From: an uncultured Bacteroidota bacterium
GTDB lineage: Bacteria; Bacteroidota; Ignavibacteria; UBA10030; UBA6906
Length of the DNA: 64,000 nucleotides
Assembly: GCA_963700635.1 (NCBI GenBank)
Contig: CAVOYH010000003.1
Location: forward strand, 1,056,001 to 1,120,000
Direction: 5' to 3'
Under the pieces are notes generated by a model, which ran no database searches, was not told the DNA's origin, and was given only the letters and a program-made list of their open reading frames with translations. Both the position numbers and the translations under genes were made by a program. Of the stretch, positions 60,503 to 64,000 are shown in pieces (the stretch's first letter is position 1; the number at the start of each line of letters is the position of its first letter).

Positions 60503-62749
60503 ATGAAGTTCCCCCGCATAGCGGCTCTCAACGTGATGAGTCGGCTCGGTGCATGCTGCGTGACATTTCTGCTTGCGGCCTCTTGTGCAGTAGTCCACGC
60601 CCAGATTCCGCAACCGCTGACGGTGGAGTGGATACAGTCGCCTGCGGCGGCGGCACTCCAGGGGACACCTATGTTTGCGTGGCTGGATGATACCCGTCTG
60701 GTCCTCCTGGAGAGGGGAGATACCAGCGAGGTACGAACGCTGCAGCTCCTTGATGTGGTAACCGGTGCGCGCTCTCCACTCGTTGATCCGCTGAAGGCGA
60801 TGGCAACACTCCGTTCCTTCCTGGGTGAAAAGACACCCGGGTCGCTGGCATTCCCTGTCGTAATCGACAACACCGGCCGTCGCGGCGTGTACCTTTTTGC
60901 GGATGACATCTTTCTTCTCCATTTTGACACATCAGAATTTATCCGGGTTTGCGAGAGCGTTGCCAAAGAGAAGTGCTTGACCTTTTCGCCGGACGGCGAG
61001 AACATCGGGTTTGTCAGGGATAACAACCTGTATGTGTACAACATCCGGCAACGCAGGGAATCAGCGCTCACAACCGACGGGTCGGCTACAACATTAAACG
61101 GGACACTCTCATGGGTGTACTGGGAAGAGATATTCGGACGCCATGACACAGGGTACTGGTGGTCACCGGATTCCCGTTCGATCGTGTACTTCCAGAGCGA
61201 TGAAAGTGCTGTCAGCCTCCAGCACTACGTGGACTTCAAGCCCTGGACGCCGCGCTTGATCACACAACGGTATCCGAAAATTGGTCAAACAAATCCATCA
61301 GTGCGGGTCGGCGTCGTCCGGCTCGGTGATACAACAACCACATGGCTTCAGCTCCCTGAACAATCCTATGAGTATGTGGTACGGACGGAGTGGTTGCCGG
61401 ACAGCAAACGATTGGCCGTTCAGACGCTCAACCGTCTCCAGACACGGCTTGATCTTCTCCTTGCGGATGCCGTCACCGGCAACGTGACGCCGTTGTTGAG
61501 CGAAACCGATTCGGCCTGGGTGAATGTTCTTGATGGTCTGACATTCCTGCAGGACGGCAGCGGCTTCCTCTGGCCGTCGGAGCGGGATGGGTATCAGCAT
61601 CTTTACCTGTACACGATGAGCGGTGTTTTGCGGCATCAGGTAACGAAAGGACCATGGACAATCCGGGAGGCGGGTGGAGGGGTGGCCTGGTTGAAGGGTG
61701 GAATTGTCGGTGTAGATGAGAAACGTGCCTGCATATATTTTACCGCACTGGAACACTCGCCAATCCAGCGGCACCTGTACCGGATCCGTTTTGACGGAAC
61801 GGGCTTTGAGCGGTTATCCGTGGAACCAGGATCGCATAGTATCACCTTCAGTCCGGGGGCCAGTTATTATGTTGATCGATATTCCAGCACGAGACACGTC
61901 CCATCACTCACCGTGTATGATCACAACGGAATGCCCGTGCGGGTTGTTTCTGCCGGCGAAAGAGGGCAGAAGGCGGTGTCTGTTCTCCGGACGCCCGAGT
62001 TGTTCACGATTCCCGCGCGGGACGGATTCCCGCTGCCCGCGCAGATCCTGAAACCCGAATCCCCCGAACCCGGGAAACGGTATCCGGTGATCGTTTACGT
62101 GTATGGAGGTCCCTCTGCGCCCACCGTTGTGGATTCGTGGCAGAGAGAATCATTGTGGGAAAATCTGCTCCTTCAAAACGGATATCTGGTGGTACGGTGT
62201 GACAACCGGAGCGCTACAGGTATCAGCAAGAATCTCGAATCCATGCTGCTTCACCGATTCCTGGGGGAGGTTGAACTGCATGATCTGGTGGACGTGGTGC
62301 GTTGGATAAAACATCAGCCATACGTCGATTCCGCACGAATCGGGATTTGGGGATGGAGCGGGGGAGGGTCCAACACCCTTCTCGGGATGACACGTTCCAA
62401 GGAGTTCAAGGCAGGTATTGCGGTAGCCGGCGTGACGGATTTCCGCTTCTATGATACAAAATTTGCCGAGCAGTATATGAAAACGGAGACGGAAAATGCC
62501 CGTGGTTTTGAAGAGCATTCTCTTCTCCGCTATGCCCGGGATCTTCACGGAAGACTCCTCCTTGTGCACGGCACATATGATGACAATGTGCACATTGGCA
62601 ATACGTATGCCTTTGTGGATGAACTTATCAAGGCGAACAAGCAATTTGAAATGATGCTCTACCCGATGCGCATGCATGGGATTGGAGACCGTCCGGCGCG
62701 GATTCACTTGTATAACACCATGCTGGAGTTCTGGAAGCGTAATCTGTAA
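60503..62749 (+). CDS. S9B dipeptidyl-peptidase IV family peptidase
   Basis: WVYWEE, YWWSPDS, YPKIG, VYGGP, GIWGWSGGG, HGTYDDNVH, HGI. Confidence 0.92.
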   Translation: MKFPRIAALNVMSRLGACCVTFLLAASCAVVHAQIPQPLTVEWIQSPAAAALQGTPMFAWLDDTRLVLLERGDTSEVRTLQLLDVVTGARSPLVDPLKAMATLRSFLGEKTPGSLAFPVVIDNTGRRGVYLFADDIFLLHFDTSEFIRVCESVAKEKCLTFSPDGENIGFVRDNNLYVYNIRQRRESALTTDGSATTLNGTLSWVYWEEIFGRHDTGYWWSPDSRSIVYFQSDESAVSLQHYVDFKPWTPRLITQRYPKIGQTNPSVRVGVVRLGDTTTTWLQLPEQSYEYVVRTEWLPDSKRLAVQTLNRLQTRLDLLLADAVTGNVTPLLSETDSAWVNVLDGLTFLQDGSGFLWPSERDGYQHLYLYTMSGVLRHQVTKGPWTIREAGGGVAWLKGGIVGVDEKRACIYFTALEHSPIQRHLYRIRFDGTGFERLSVEPGSHSITFSPGASYYVDRYSSTRHVPSLTVYDHNGMPVRVVSAGERGQKAVSVLRTPELFTIPARDGFPLPAQILKPESPEPGKRYPVIVYVYGGPSAPTVVDSWQRESLWENLLLQNGYLVVRCDNRSATGISKNLESMLLHRFLGEVELHDLVDVVRWIKHQPYVDSARIGIWGWSGGGSNTLLGMTRSKEFKAGIAVAGVTDFRFYDTKFAEQYMKTETENARGFEEHSLLRYARDLHGRLLLVHGTYDDNVHIGNTYAFVDELIKANKQFEMMLYPMRMHGIGDRPARIHLYNTMLEFWKRNL

Positions 62750-62813
62750 CCGATATACGTCGTATCCGTATACTTCAGATGTACGATGTCCTACATCTCA
62801 CCACGGAGGATCC

Positions 62814-63452
62814 ATGAACCATCTTCGTGTTCTGTCGCGGATGTTGTGTCTTGGGTTCTTCTTTCTTCCGTTGCTACTGCCTGCACAGGATCTGAACACC
62901 AAGGGCAGGTCTTCCCTGGCATTGGAGTTCGGATTGTGGGGAGGGATTGGTGCCTCACACAGCATCGGTACTTCGGGGATCATCTCCGAGGTGAACGGAA
63001 GCGGATTGCTGGGGGGGCTGACATATGCATACGGTCTGGAAGAGAACCTCGCGGTAACTGTTAGTGCCGGGGCCCTCGCCGTCAGGGCCACCTCTGCTGT
63101 CAGCATGTTTTCCGTATCGCAGCATGTAAGTTCGGTCGTTCCGGTTCTTCTCGGAGTCAGGTACTATGTGCCGGCTCCGGCGCCTGACGTGCGCGTGCGG
63201 CCATTCCTTTCTGCTGCTGTGGGGACGTACACCGGTTCGGAGGTGAAGAACGCCGTGCTGGTACAGGAAGCCCGGACCGAGACTGTTTTTGGAGGCCGGG
63301 TGGGAGCAGGGATAGATTTCCACCTGGGTTCACATTTTACGCTTGCGGCGCTTCTCGGGCATCACATGATGGCAGATTTTGCCGCGCCGATCGGAGGGCG
63401 AAGGAACTACAACGGCACCGTGTTCACCATGGGAGTGGGCTATATGTTCTGA
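62814..63452 (+). CDS. Small outer-membrane beta-barrel protein
   Basis: GGAGG RBS, signal peptide, amphipathic strands, C-terminal GVGYMF. Confidence 0.75.
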   Translation: MNHLRVLSRMLCLGFFFLPLLLPAQDLNTKGRSSLALEFGLWGGIGASHSIGTSGIISEVNGSGLLGGLTYAYGLEENLAVTVSAGALAVRATSAVSMFSVSQHVSSVVPVLLGVRYYVPAPAPDVRVRPFLSAAVGTYTGSEVKNAVLVQEARTETVFGGRVGAGIDFHLGSHFTLAALLGHHMMADFAAPIGGRRNYNGTVFTMGVGYMF

Positions 63453-63466
63453 GGCTGGGTGCGCGC

Positions 63467-64000
63467 TCAGGCCCGGTTGGCACTTCCCAGGACGTTGATG
63501 ATTTTGTGTTTGTAGAGCGCCTTGAGCTGTTCCCGGGCGGGGCCCAGATACTTTCGCGGATCAAATTCGGCCGGACTGTCCACAAAGACCTTCCGGATTG
63601 CCGCGGTCATGGCGAGCCGGCCGTCCGAATCGATATTCACTTTGCACACCGATGATGCCGCCGCACGCCGGAGCTGATCTTCCGGAATCCCCACAGCGTC
63701 TTTCAGCTTGCCGCCATGGCTGTTAATGATCTTGACGAGGTCGGGCGCAACCGATGATGCTCCGTGCAGCACAATCGGAAATCCGGGAATCCGGCGTTCC
63801 ACCTCTTCCAGAATATCAAACCGCAGAGGGGGAGGAACAAGGACGCCGTCTGCATTACGGGTGCATTGCTCCGGCTTAAATTTGTTGGCGCCATGCGACG
63901 TGCCGATGGAGATGGCAAGAGAGTCCACGCCGGTCTTCTTGACAAAATCTTCCACCTCTTCCGGTCGCGTGTAATGCGTCACCTCGCTGGAAACGTCGTC
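63467..64000 (-). CDS. fba: Class II fructose-1,6-bisphosphate aldolase, C-terminal part
   Basis: TGVDSLAISIGTSHGA, PIVLHGASSV, KVNIDSDGRLA, FDPRKYLGP. Confidence 0.93.
   Translation of the reverse strand, partial: DDVSSEVTHYTRPEEVEDFVKKTGVDSLAISIGTSHGANKFKPEQCTRNADGVLVPPPLRFDILEEVERRIPGFPIVLHGASSVAPDLVKIINSHGGKLKDAVGIPEDQLRRAAASSVCKVNIDSDGRLAMTAAIRKVFVDSPAEFDPRKYLGPAREQLKALYKHKIINVLGSANRA

Noticed and set aside
62345-62370. GWSGGG instead of GWSYGG in the S9 peptidase as a sign of inactivity
   Set aside because: Catalytic Ser, Asp (DDNVH) and His are all retained; this is ordinary family variation.

Overview
Chromosomal window of a GC-rich bacterium, probably Ignavibacteria or another Bacteroidota-Chlorobiota member (inferred from a type-IX-secretion C-terminal sorting domain, a PorV/FadL-like barrel and a TPR-DUF4292-EnvC cluster). 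It has three zones. (1) 1-23.5 kb is mostly intact core genes (ABC ATPase, fbp with one frameshift, CpoB-like, TPR, DUF4292, EnvC-like, ettA, truA, DUF1800/DUF1501, three tRNAs). It contains the best candidate novel system: a membrane-bound CHASE2 sensor fused directly to a sigma-54 activator, followed by CCGCA enhancer-like repeats, a -24/-12-like promoter, and genes for two lipoproteins, an outer-membrane barrel fused to a transglutaminase-like Cys domain, and a FecR-like/TPR protein. (2) About 23.5-50.9 kb, starting right after tRNA-Glu, is a mosaic accessory region full of frameshifts and deletion-fusions. It holds a sigma-54-driven NifX/NifU/MinD-ferredoxin/TsaA cluster, a Fur-boxed metal-uptake cluster, an IS3 relic, an AT-rich macAB relic, a Rieske/cyt b/multiheme cyt c module and an arsR-sdpI relic interrupted by a group II intron RT fragment. 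(3) 50.9-64 kb is intact metabolic genes, including a GNAT-nitrilase fusion lacking its catalytic Cys, nagA, an archaeal-type thyA, rubrerythrin, xylB, an S9 peptidase and fba. All family calls are motif recognition by eye; no database searches were run, and many indels could be sequencing or assembly errors.
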